Below are positions 8,569 to 17,683 of a DNA stretch of 64,000 nt, one piece after another. Below the pieces are notes generated by a model. The model was not told the DNA's origin, searched no databases, and saw only the letters and a list, made by a program, of their open reading frames with translations. Within the stretch, counting starts at the first letter, position 1; the number at the start of each line of letters is the position of its first letter. Source of the stretch: Parcubacteria group bacterium (lineage in GTDB: Bacteria; Patescibacteriota; Minisyncoccia; Moranbacterales; UBA2206); assembly GCA_041674205.1 (NCBI GenBank), contig JBAYWF010000006.1:410-64409 (forward strand). The letters run 5' to 3'. Made by a program: the position numbers and the translations under genes.

Positions 8569-10257
8569 TTATTGCTTGCGGATTTTTTCCGTCACCCAGA
8601 AATCGCCGAAATAATTTTTGGTCATAATCCGGGTTTGCGAATCGATAGCCGGCAAAGCGGAAAAGATCGCCACGACCGGAAACAGGATATATTGGAACAG
8701 CATATTGAAATAGCGCGTCCAGTGATATTTCTCCGGCTTAGGAGGCAATGACAGCATCGACAGCGGGATGGATATGAACATCCCCATCAAGGAAATCTGC
8801 ATCAGATATTGAGTGATGAGCGGCAAGTTATGCGCCAAAACGCTTGTGCGGAAAATTTCCCCGCCCAAAGCCAGCGGCAACCAACCCAGAAGAGCCAGCA
8901 CGAAAGCGGTGGTCGCCCAAGTGTAGTGCCCTTCCAACATCTCAAAAGCGATGCGCAATTTCATTTTCAACGGGATTTTTTTATTCGGCAGGATGGCGCG
9001 CATCGTCACCGGGAAATTCTCGACGCCATAGGCCCAGCGCCGGTTCTGCCGATATTGGTTTTTGATGGTTTTCCAATAAGTGTCGGCCAGCACCGCATCC
9101 AGCGAAATCGGCAGATGGATCGGATAGACTTCGTAATCGCCATCGAACATCGACAAACATTTCCAATAGATATTCGAATCTTCGCTGATGATGTTGACGG
9201 ACCAGAATCCGACTTTGACCAAAGTGTCGAACGGCTCGGAATGCGAAGAAAAAGTCACCATCTCGCGCCGCGTGCTTTGGTAGAGATGCCAGAACGACGA
9301 ACCGGTCACGATCATCCGCACGACCGCGTTGGTGTCCCACAAAGTGTTGTGATAGACCGGGATGGGCTGGTAGGCCCGCTGCAAACGCTTAGGCGTCGTG
9401 ATATAGGCGTAGGTCAGAGCGGCGAAATATTCCGGATGCGCCACGGAGTCGCAATCGAAATTGGAAAAAACGACCTTTTTATAATCGATCTGGCGCTCAT
9501 CCAGATAGGCCACCAATTTTTTGGCGGCATAGGTCGCGTTGGAAGCCTTGCATTTCATTTCACCGTCAGCCACCTGATGGGTGGTCACGATGAAGTCGCG
9601 GAAAACCCCTTGAAATTTTTTCTGCAAATATTCCACCTTCGGCAAGCGCGTTTCCGGATTTTCCCGTTCTTCCGTCCCGAGTACGACGATCATCTGGCTC
9701 TTGGGAAAATTGGCATCAGCCAAAGACTGGATGGCCGGTTCGATGATTTCCGCCGGTTCATTGGCGGTCGGCAAAAAAACCACATGCACTATGGAGCGCC
9801 AATCCCAAATTTCCGAAGCGATCGGAACTAATTTTTCCACTTCTTTCAAAAAGGCTTTTTCTTTTCCTATCCTGGACCTGACAGCCCGCCTGTTCCGAAT
9901 CTCAAAAAACGGCATTTCTTTCAAAGACGCCCGCATCGCTTGGATGCGCGCTTTCAAATCCGAGGCATATTTTTCCGGCTGGACGATATTCTGGCAACGC
10001 TCCCACCAATCGGTTTTCTTGCCTTCCACCATCTGGAAATGCCCTTTCAAAGAATAGTAGGTGATGAAGATTATCTTTAAAATGAAATAAATATCAAAAA
10101 CGATGATAGCGATAGCTGCTACGGTCGGGAAAAACCAAGACACGGTTATCATCAATATGAATGTCGACCAAGTCATCGCCCCGGGGATAACCTCAAAAAA
10201 GCGCTGTTTTTTGCGCTCTTGCGGGTCGGTAGTTTTTGGATCGGGAAATTTGAACAT
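8569..10257 (-). CDS. membrane glycosyltransferase family 2
   Basis: FDCDS (DxD), SED, QNRRW (QxxRW) motifs and multiple TMs. Confidence 0.9.
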   Translation of the reverse strand: MFKFPDPKTTDPQERKKQRFFEVIPGAMTWSTFILMITVSWFFPTVAAIAIIVFDIYFILKIIFITYYSLKGHFQMVEGKKTDWWERCQNIVQPEKYASDLKARIQAMRASLKEMPFFEIRNRRAVRSRIGKEKAFLKEVEKLVPIASEIWDWRSIVHVVFLPTANEPAEIIEPAIQSLADANFPKSQMIVVLGTEERENPETRLPKVEYLQKKFQGVFRDFIVTTHQVADGEMKCKASNATYAAKKLVAYLDERQIDYKKVVFSNFDCDSVAHPEYFAALTYAYITTPKRLQRAYQPIPVYHNTLWDTNAVVRMIVTGSSFWHLYQSTRREMVTFSSHSEPFDTLVKVGFWSVNIISEDSNIYWKCLSMFDGDYEVYPIHLPISLDAVLADTYWKTIKNQYRQNRRWAYGVENFPVTMRAILPNKKIPLKMKLRIAFEMLEGHYTWATTAFVLALLGWLPLALGGEIFRTSVLAHNLPLITQYLMQISLMGMFISIPLSMLSLPPKPEKYHWTRYFNMLFQYILFPVVAIFSALPAIDSQTRIMTKNYFGDFWVTEKIRKQ

Positions 10258-10478
10258 ATATCGAGTTTATCAAACAGCATACCACTTTCAAGCCGGAAGG
10301 TCAACCGGCACAACAGCTATAAATAGCGGGTCTCTGCCATATATCTGCTTTGATTATACCACTAAATCCTACTGGATGAAAAACTTCACGCCCGAGAATC
10401 CATTTGGTGACGCGCGCTCTGGAATGCGCTGGCTGCGAGGACAAACCCTGGCAATATCTATGTGGACATCCGCTTTAC

Positions 10479-10508
10479 TTGACTAAATTACTGCACTATG
10501 CTAAAGTA
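10479..10508 (+). promoter_or_regulatory. sigma70 promoter overlapped by a putative YerC/HisR operator
   Basis: TTGACT-N17-TAAAGT with TGn extension; imperfect palindrome TACTGCA-N6-TAAAGTA at 10489-10508; ATG 6 nt after the -10 box. Confidence 0.7.
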
Positions 10509-10513
10509 CTACC

Positions 10514-10825
10514 ATGAATTGGAATAATAAGGAAAATAAACAGCTGCTCAAGGCTATTCTGTCGCTTAAAACCTCTGATGAGGCAAGGCGATTTTTGCGT
10601 GATTTAATGACTGAAAAAGAAATCAATGAGCTTGCTAAACGTTTGAAAGCCGCTGAAATGCTTGCTGGGAAAGTGTCATATTTGGCAATTGAAAAAGAAA
10701 CTGGTTTAAGTTCAACCACTATTGCTCGCGTTGCGAAGTGGCTGAAAGGAAAAGAAGGCGGATATAGGACAATTATCGATAAACTTCATCATGACCCTAT
10801 CCAATCACGGGGAGGGTTGTCTTGA
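10514..10825 (+). CDS. YerC/YecD family TrpR-related repressor (HisR-like)
   Basis: RFLRDLMTEKEI...RL...SY..IEKETGLSSTTIARVAKWL..GGY TrpR-type HTH. Confidence 0.93.
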   Translation: MNWNNKENKQLLKAILSLKTSDEARRFLRDLMTEKEINELAKRLKAAEMLAGKVSYLAIEKETGLSSTTIARVAKWLKGKEGGYRTIIDKLHHDPIQSRGGLS

Positions 10826-10886
10826 TGCATTTCTAAAGACTTAACATAAGGCCGACCCCCTCCACGCTTGGAGGGGGTTTTCATTT
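10787..10886 (+). promoter_or_regulatory. putative histidine-responsive transcription attenuator
   Basis: CAT-CAT codons, then alternative hairpins; terminator GACCCCCTCCA-CGCT-TGGAGGGGGTT-TTCATTT. Confidence 0.7.
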
Positions 10887-10938
10887 GCCTACCCATAATA
10901 GAACGGCAAAAAAATAGTTCTTTGAAAAAGGAGGATGC

Positions 10939-11841
10939 ATGGGAATCAACTTTTCTAATTTCGACATGGACAATTCCATTGTTGCCCCGATTATTTATGG
11001 CGAGAATCGCCATTCCACGACAAATAAGGGTGTCGTAATCTCTAGCGGGATAAGACAAGAACTCCAAAGTTTTTTGTCTGGCTTTAACGCTTCGATTGGC
11101 ATAGAACAAACGCCCTATTACCGAATTGACGCGTATTTCAATGAACAGAGATTATGGATACTCGAAATCAATGCGTCATTCGTGGATGGCTGGGGTACCG
11201 CGCTCAACCTTGCTCGCGCGAGCGGAATCGCCTTTGATCCAACGCCACTCGTTTTTCCAAGGCGGTTCGCGAGCGAGAGTAGCGCATACCTGCCAGAACT
11301 TCGTTTGTTCGTTTCAGAACTTGCCCATCTGGGTCTTCACGACCACGATGTTTGCGAGTGGAACGGAAACGGAGTTGATCCGATTTATGTCTACGGACGG
11401 ATTGGGTCAAAAGATCAACCGCATATCCTGCCTTACGATGGGCTCAGGTTGGACAACAAACTCAATCTCGGAATGTTCAGCAGGAGCTGGGATGGCGATG
11501 CGGTAAAAACTCCGCGACACTACATCAACCGCTTCGATTCGTGGGAAAAAGTTCCCCGGGAAACGGTTCTCAAGTTTTGCGACAAAGGAAGCGTGGAATG
11601 TGAGCGGGCGCGTCAAAGCGTCATACTCAAAAAACCCACGGGCAAAGCACGGTTTATTAAACAGTGCTACGATGCGGAAACGCTCATCGCCCAAGACATC
11701 GTGCGGCCGATGAAACAAGATGGAAATAACTGCCAGTTGATTATTTTCGCAATCGGCGACGAGCCGATTACTGGTTATGTGCAATATAGCCGGAGCGAAA
11801 TCATCAATGACAACTCCATTCATGGCCCCTTGCGAATCTAA
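10939..11841 (+). CDS. hypothetical protein, ATP-grasp/glutathionylspermidine-synthase-like
   Basis: YRIDAYF...WILEINA (RxD...ExN) motif; strong AGGAGG SD. Confidence 0.6.
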   Translation: MGINFSNFDMDNSIVAPIIYGENRHSTTNKGVVISSGIRQELQSFLSGFNASIGIEQTPYYRIDAYFNEQRLWILEINASFVDGWGTALNLARASGIAFDPTPLVFPRRFASESSAYLPELRLFVSELAHLGLHDHDVCEWNGNGVDPIYVYGRIGSKDQPHILPYDGLRLDNKLNLGMFSRSWDGDAVKTPRHYINRFDSWEKVPRETVLKFCDKGSVECERARQSVILKKPTGKARFIKQCYDAETLIAQDIVRPMKQDGNNCQLIIFAIGDEPITGYVQYSRSEIINDNSIHGPLRI

Positions 11842-11845
11842 GCAA

Positions 11846-11883
11846 CAATGGGAACGCGTTCACGCGTTCCCATTGATCTTTTT
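11846..11883 (+). terminator. hairpin/terminator between ATP-grasp-like and HAD genes
   Basis: CAATGGGAACGCG-TTCA-CGCGTTCCCATTG then ATCTTTTT. Confidence 0.7.
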
Positions 11884-11889
11884 AAAAAT

Positions 11890-12459
11890 ATGAAAACTAT
11901 AATATTCGATATTGACGGAACAATTACAAATATCTGGCCGATAGAAAAGTCGGTGCTTTTATACATGATCGATATAAAATTTGAAAAGGATATCGATAAA
12001 ATAAAATCATCCGGTATTTCCGATACATACAAGATTTTTCTCAAATTTTCTAATCGGAAAATGAGTAAGAAAAAGTACGCCTATTTTTATAATCAATCCT
12101 TTTCTGTTTTATTGAAAAAAGGCAAGTTGCCAATGCCTGAAAAATATTTCCTGGCTAAGTGGATTCTCATTAACAGAAATAAATATAACTTCGTTTATGC
12201 GACTGGCGGGCAACGATTGGAAACCTTGTATGCACTAAAAAGTCTTGGATTGATAAATTATTTTGATCTTGAAAATTCCACCGATAAAACAATTTGCCGT
12301 TTTTCAAAAAAGACAGGGATTCCTTTCAGGAAAATAAAATCAAAATTTAAAGATTGCGTTTTGGTCTCCGATAGTGAAAATGATTGTAAGGGAGCGGCTT
12401 TGGTGGAAATTCCGTTTATTTTAATACAGCCAAAACAAAATTATTTTGATTTAATTTGA
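11890..12459 (+). CDS. HAD-superfamily hydrolase
   Basis: MKTIIFDIDGT motif I, ATGG motif II, VSDSEND motif IV. Confidence 0.85.
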   Translation: MKTIIFDIDGTITNIWPIEKSVLLYMIDIKFEKDIDKIKSSGISDTYKIFLKFSNRKMSKKKYAYFYNQSFSVLLKKGKLPMPEKYFLAKWILINRNKYNFVYATGGQRLETLYALKSLGLINYFDLENSTDKTICRFSKKTGIPFRKIKSKFKDCVLVSDSENDCKGAALVEIPFILIQPKQNYFDLI

Positions 12460-12623
12460 TTTCAGGTTATTTCCCATTCTTTTTAAAAAAATTTGGGCGG
12501 CGGAGAACAGTTCCGAAGGTTGAATCTTCAGAACCACCCAATCCCATTGGACGAAAAAACTTCCCATAAAAAAAGTTTTTGAATCACGCGGCTTATCTTG
12601 AAGGATGCCATTCACTTTTAAAA

Positions 12624-13787
12624 TTAGGCATAATCCGAATTTGATTCCTTCATATCATTTTTAGCGATCCCATCGAATATTTTTTCGAAATATTCCGGTC
12701 CTGTTTTTTCCATAAACTCGCGCGCGCTTCTAGAAAGTTCGCCTTTATGATAAGAGCGCAGCAGTTTCTTATAATGCTCCCGGGTGAATTTTTCGTCATA
12801 TTTCTTGATTCCGAGTTTTTCCATCTCAATGTCCAAAATTTGTTTCCGTACCAATCTTTCAGTCGACCATAGATCATATCCAATCACCTTTTTCCCTGTC
12901 GGGACATAGGAATCATTTAAAATCATTTTGGCTTTCCCCGTAATACCGAAATCGCCCCTGGTGCTTGCATGCAAAAATTCATGTTCAGCGACCTTGTCGG
13001 CGATATCGCTTTTTACGTCAGACAGTATGACGTTGTTTGTTTCCGCAACGTAGAAAGCCCCTTCGGCTGGCATAAAAGGCATGAAGTCGGTTTTGGCGGC
13101 GTTGACATTTCCAATCCTTTCCTCTTGGACTTTTCTCGCCTTTTCAATATCGCCATCAACTTCCAATATCAATCTATCCAGATACTGTGGACTGCTTATG
13201 TATTTCTCAACCTCTCTCCTTATTTCCTCCACTCTCGGCCTCGGATCCAATTCAGGCTCAGATTTCCACTTTTTTTCCGATATTTCCCTCACATCCTTCA
13301 TCGCTTCTTGAAAATTTTCAATCAGTTTTTCCTTGCTTATTTTTTCCTCCGTACCCGCGCTGACCCCTTGTCCAGAAATATTATCCGATGACAAGTCTCC
13401 CTCTCCATAGCCGGCATTTACCGGACTACCGAAATCCCCATCACCGGAAAAAGCCAGTGCCGACATACCGATCAGCATGGCATTCCTCATAGCATTTTTA
13501 AATTTCAATGCCCGGCTTCTTATGTCGGAAAGTTTTTCACTGATATCCAACTGTTTCTTGACGGTTTCCACCTCTTGCCGATCCAGGCCGGCAAATCGGT
13601 CGATTTCCGCCAATCGCCCATCTCCGTCATTATTCATCGCATCCAAATCAAGATCCATTTTCAAAACCGCTTCTTGCATGAATCGTTCCGGGCTGGCTCC
13701 TTTTTCTTCCAGTTTTTCAGCAGGCTCCCTCCTTGATTCCGACCATTGACCACCCTCCCTGCTGGACACTCCTTTTTCTTCAATCAT
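12624..13787 (-). CDS. hypothetical protein with HExxH zincin-like motif
   Basis: AEHEFLHAS; central hydrophobic stretch. Confidence 0.7.
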   Translation of the reverse strand: MIEEKGVSSREGGQWSESRREPAEKLEEKGASPERFMQEAVLKMDLDLDAMNNDGDGRLAEIDRFAGLDRQEVETVKKQLDISEKLSDIRSRALKFKNAMRNAMLIGMSALAFSGDGDFGSPVNAGYGEGDLSSDNISGQGVSAGTEEKISKEKLIENFQEAMKDVREISEKKWKSEPELDPRPRVEEIRREVEKYISSPQYLDRLILEVDGDIEKARKVQEERIGNVNAAKTDFMPFMPAEGAFYVAETNNVILSDVKSDIADKVAEHEFLHASTRGDFGITGKAKMILNDSYVPTGKKVIGYDLWSTERLVRKQILDIEMEKLGIKKYDEKFTREHYKKLLRSYHKGELSRSAREFMEKTGPEYFEKIFDGIAKNDMKESNSDYA

Positions 13788-13788
13788 A

Positions 13789-13950
13789 TTAAATAAGTTT
13801 CTTTCTTATTTCCTCCTTCTTTTTTTCTTCCAGCCTCTTGGCATACCCATCGATCAAATCATCTTGTTCCCTCCTGAATTCTGACAGTTTTTCTAAAAAA
13901 TATCCATAAATTTCCCGGATTCTCCTTGTTTTTTCGTTTCTTTTAATCAT
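13789..13950 (-). CDS. 53-aa charged coiled-coil protein
   Basis: Manual translation MIKRNEKTRRIREIY...EEIRKKLI; TGnTATAAT 6 nt upstream; stop is 1 nt before the next ATG. Confidence 0.6.
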   Translation of the reverse strand: MIKRNEKTRRIREIYGYFLEKLSEFRREQDDLIDGYAKRLEEKKKEEIRKKLI

Positions 13951-13985
13951 ACCGATATTATACCATAAGCATGGCTTATTTCATT

Positions 13986-14244
13986 TTCGAATCCCTTGAC
14001 CGCAAAAAAACTTCCCGTTCAAGGAAGTTTTGTTCTTCGTACCGCCAAGGGGATTTCCGTGTCGTCCGCGGCGGACTCCTTGTCCTGGGCAGCGCTGGAT
14101 GCTCGTTTGCTCGCATCCATCGGCGTTCGTCTGCGCCGAGGCGGCTTGTCTCACTGCTGCCCGTTCGAATCCCTCTTGTCGCTAGACAAATAAAAAATTC
14201 TAAGCGCAAGGCTTAGAATTTTCATTTGTACCGCCAAGGGGATT
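13986..14244 (-). repeat. tRNA-Glu 3'-end duplication with structured insert
   Basis: GTACCGCCAAGGGGATT at 14039-14055 and 14228-14244; TTCGAATCCCT at 13986 and 14164. Confidence 0.8.
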
Positions 14245-14303
14245 CGAACCCCTGATTTCCAGGATGAAAACCTGGCGTCCTGACCGGGCTAGACGATGGC
14301 GGC
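14229..14303 (-). tRNA. tRNA-Glu(TTC)
   Basis: GCCGCCA acceptor, CCAGG-TTTTCAT-CCTGG anticodon arm, GGTTCGAATCC; no encoded CCA. Confidence 0.95.
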
Positions 14304-14406
14304 AAATTTTTCGATAACAGTAGGAATGATAGCATAGATTGGAAATAAATCAAGCGCCCGGCAAAAACCTGCCGGAAGCGCCTATTTCCCTAGCCTTCCC
14401 TAAAAA

Positions 14407-15078
14407 TCAGTTACTATCGCAACACTCGACCACCTCGACGTAAAACTTGGCGCTGTCATTGCCGTCCGCCTTGCCGACCGCCCAAAGAGGTTCGCCTTTT
14501 TCATATTTCTTATTAAGCGGGGAATCCCCGATATCCTTGATGTTTTCGAAATCCAAAATTTTCACGACACCGTCGCAGTCCCTGATCGTTACTTGGCCGC
14601 CGGAAGAGTCTATGATTTTGCCCATCACAGCCACCTCGCCCGGAATCGTTTTTTTAGACCATCCGCCCATAACATCTTCCGCGCCGGCGACCGCGAAAAA
14701 AGAACCCAACAGGAGCGTGACTGCCAACAAAGCAAGGACAGTTATATTGGAATCCATACATATGCCGCGCGACAAATCGAATTTATGGATTATGAAATTG
14801 GCCAGCACGATGGTTATGATAAAAAGGATGATGTAATCATACGGTAGCGTCAATAAGATTATCTTCAGCCCCGGCCAGCCGAACGCCATAAATTTCATAA
14901 CTCCGGTTTTTTTCAAAAAATACAGGAACGTGCTCAGCAAAAAAGCGCTTGCCAAAATTGACAGCGCCAAAACGCTTTCCAATCCCAATTTTTGAGCCAA
15001 AAAAAGGGAGGCGGGCCGCATCCGGATCTTTTTTTCCTTTATTTTCTGCATTATTTCCTGTTTCATCTTGTTTCTCAC
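14407..15078 (-). CDS. multi-TM protein downstream of ECF sigma (possible anti-sigma factor)
   Basis: Three TM segments, directly downstream of the ECF sigma gene. Confidence 0.65.
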   Translation of the reverse strand: MRNKMKQEIMQKIKEKKIRMRPASLFLAQKLGLESVLALSILASAFLLSTFLYFLKKTGVMKFMAFGWPGLKIILLTLPYDYIILFIITIVLANFIIHKFDLSRGICMDSNITVLALLAVTLLLGSFFAVAGAEDVMGGWSKKTIPGEVAVMGKIIDSSGGQVTIRDCDGVVKILDFENIKDIGDSPLNKKYEKGEPLWAVGKADGNDSAKFYVEVVECCDSN

Positions 15079-15111
15079 TTAATTGATATATCCCCTCATT
15101 AGGATAAAAAC

Positions 15112-15756
15112 CTAGCCTGGCGGATTATTCCGATCGTTTATTTTTTCCATCTCTTCGGCCATTTTTTTCTTAGCCCTGTTGATCAGGGTTCCGACCGTAT
15201 TGACCGGCTTTTGCAAGATCTCGCTTATTTCTTCATATGATTTTTCCGAATAATACCGCAATATCAGGACCTGCTTGTATTTAATCGGCAACCTGTTGAT
15301 AGCTTCGTCAATTTCGCCTATCGCTTCTTTCCGAAGCCAGAGATTGTCAGCCCCGTCCTCCGCGCTATTGCTCGCCAATTTATCCTTAGTCGAGGTGATA
15401 TCTTCCCAAGAAATGAATTTTTTCAGTGATTTCCTTTTGATATAATTGACCGCTTCGTTATGGGCTATCCGATATATCCAGGAAGAGAATTTCCGCTCCG
15501 CATCGTAGCTTTGCATATTTTCAAAAGCCTTGATAAAGACGTTCTGCAACAAATCTTCCGCTTCCTCCCGGTTGCCGATCAACCGATAGAGATAGGCGAA
15601 CAGCTTGCCTTGGTACCTTTCGATGATCGCAGCGAACAGATCCACCTCCCCGGCCTGGATCAATTTGACCAACTGGTTGTCATCCAATCCGGCCTGCGCT
15701 TTTTCCGAAACCTTAAAATCGCCTATTTTGCTGATTTCCTCCACGCTGATTATCAA
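15112..15756 (-). CDS. ECF-family RNA polymerase sigma factor
   Basis: AEDLLQNVFIKA, FSSWIYRIAHN, SYEEISEIL..PVNTVGTLINRA. Confidence 0.95.
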   Translation of the reverse strand: MIISVEEISKIGDFKVSEKAQAGLDDNQLVKLIQAGEVDLFAAIIERYQGKLFAYLYRLIGNREEAEDLLQNVFIKAFENMQSYDAERKFSSWIYRIAHNEAVNYIKRKSLKKFISWEDITSTKDKLASNSAEDGADNLWLRKEAIGEIDEAINRLPIKYKQVLILRYYSEKSYEEISEILQKPVNTVGTLINRAKKKMAEEMEKINDRNNPPG

Positions 15757-15844
15757 TTAATACTTATCACCGAAACTAATATTTCATTTGTGAATTATCT
15801 TGGAATCGAATACAATACCCATATATGATACCATAATTCGTCTT

Positions 15845-16927
15845 ATGCCGGATCAGGCAAAAAATATGCATATTCTAGGAATAGAAACTTCTTGCGATGA
15901 AACCGCAGCCGCTATCATAAGAATAGATGAAAAAGACGGTTCTATCAAACCGTTATCCAATATCATTTCTTCCCAAATACTATTACACGCCCAATGGGGA
16001 GGCGTAGTGCCTAATCTGGCGGCGCGCGAGCATCTGCGCAATATCCTGCCAGTTGTGCAAGCCAGTCTGGTTGAAGCGGGCATCGGCAAGGAAAACGTCG
16101 ACCTTATCGCCGTCACCCAGGGGCCAGGACTCATCCCCGCTCTCCTTATAGGAACCAACACCGCCAAAACTATCGCCTACGCCTGGCAAAAGCCCCTATT
16201 GGGCATCCATCATATCGAAGGGCATATTTACGCCAATTTTATCGGCAAGGATCCTGCGGATATCGCTTTCCCCATCCTCTGTCTGGTCGTTTCCGGCGGA
16301 CACACGCAACTGGTGCTGATGAAAAAACATTTGGATTATGAGATAATCGGTGAGACGCAAGACGATGCCGTCGGCGAAGCCTTTGACAAGGTTGCCAGGA
16401 TCCTCGGACTTAGCTATCCGGGCGGACCGCTGATTTCAAAGTTAGCTGAAGAATTCAAACCGGAAAAATCCACTTTTCCGATCGAATTTCCCCGGCCGAT
16501 GATTGCCAGCAAAAATCTTAATTTTTCTTTTTCCGGCCTCAAGACATCCGTACTCTACCTTGTGAAAAAAAACCAGGACCGACTGGCCGATAAAGAATTC
16601 GTCCGGCAAGTCGCCTATGAATTCCAACAAGCCGTCATCGACGTCCTTCTGGCAAAAACCATTGCGGCCGCAAAAATCCATACGCCGAAAACTATCATGC
16701 TGGCCGGCGGGGTCAGCGCCAATACCCAGTTGCAGATTCAGCTTGGCAAGGCCGTTTCGGAACGGTTGGCCGGCACGGATTTTTCCTTTCCAGACCCTTC
16801 TTTCCAGTTGGATAACGCGGCTATGGTTGCTGCCGCCGCTTTCTTCAGGCAACAAAAAAACGGCCTCGATGATGCGCTGTTTTCCAATTGGAAAAATCTC
16901 AAAACCGATGCTAATTTAAAGTTATAA
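15845..16927 (+). CDS. tsaD: tRNA N6-adenosine threonylcarbamoyltransferase TsaD
   Basis: ILGIETSCDETAAA, HHIEGH, VSGGHT, GEAFDK, DNAAM. Confidence 0.97.
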   Translation: MPDQAKNMHILGIETSCDETAAAIIRIDEKDGSIKPLSNIISSQILLHAQWGGVVPNLAAREHLRNILPVVQASLVEAGIGKENVDLIAVTQGPGLIPALLIGTNTAKTIAYAWQKPLLGIHHIEGHIYANFIGKDPADIAFPILCLVVSGGHTQLVLMKKHLDYEIIGETQDDAVGEAFDKVARILGLSYPGGPLISKLAEEFKPEKSTFPIEFPRPMIASKNLNFSFSGLKTSVLYLVKKNQDRLADKEFVRQVAYEFQQAVIDVLLAKTIAAAKIHTPKTIMLAGGVSANTQLQIQLGKAVSERLAGTDFSFPDPSFQLDNAAMVAAAAFFRQQKNGLDDALFSNWKNLKTDANLKL

Positions 16928-16941
16928 AAAAAACGAAACAC

Positions 16942-17505
16942 ATGGGATTCATCAAATCTTTTATCTTCGGCCTACTAGCCGCTTCGGGGGCGCTGTGCGT
17001 CGAGCTCCTTCTATCTAATTTGTATTATGTCGCATACGTAAAAGATATCGCAACGGATTATTCCACCAGCCTAACGATTTTCCTGCTTATCGTCGTGCTG
17101 ATCGAGGAAATTTTCAAATATATCCTACTGGTCAAATTATATTCCGCACCTGAAAGCCAGTCGCCAAAAATTTCCATGGCGCTTGTTTTCGGATTGGGTT
17201 TTTCCTTGGTTGAAATCCTTTTTTCCCTGAGCCAAACTCCTCCCTCCTATGGCGCCATCCTTGGCTTCCAATCGCTAGGCGCCCCCTTGCTGCATATCGC
17301 TACTGCCGGAATTATTGGTATGTTCATTCTTTCTTCAAAAAATATCCGGCCCGCACTGGTCATCGGCACGGCTTTCGGCTTGCATTCAACCTACAATCTT
17401 TTGGTAATATATGGCTGGAGCTACGCGATAATTTATTCGTATCTGGCCGCCGTTTTCCTGCTATTGGCCGCCCTCCGTCGCAGATCCGTCCGGACCAGGA
17501 TCTGA
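16942..17505 (+). CDS. PrsW-family intramembrane glutamic protease
   Basis: EEIFK, GLGFSLVE, H, HSTYN motifs in TM helices. Confidence 0.8.
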   Translation: MGFIKSFIFGLLAASGALCVELLLSNLYYVAYVKDIATDYSTSLTIFLLIVVLIEEIFKYILLVKLYSAPESQSPKISMALVFGLGFSLVEILFSLSQTPPSYGAILGFQSLGAPLLHIATAGIIGMFILSSKNIRPALVIGTAFGLHSTYNLLVIYGWSYAIIYSYLAAVFLLLAALRRRSVRTRI

Positions 17506-17617
17506 TCATGGAGTTCTTATTTTTTAGGATTTGTATGCTTCCCGGATTGCCAATTTTTCCAAGACCCAGCCCTAGCGAGGATATCGTGAAATCAAGCAAA
17601 ACGTGCAAGTCTCATAT

Positions 17618-17646
17618 TTGCAAAATATGGCGCCTTCAATTATAAT
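17618..17646 (+). promoter_or_regulatory. sigma70 promoter of hsp20
   Basis: TTGCAA-N17-TATAAT. Confidence 0.65.
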
Positions 17647-17683
17647 TATTTCAGATAATAAAAAATAATATTCACACAAAAAA

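Noticed and set aside
13976-14216. Short ORFs over the tRNA-linked element
   Set aside because: Explained by GC-rich hairpin DNA; no protein features
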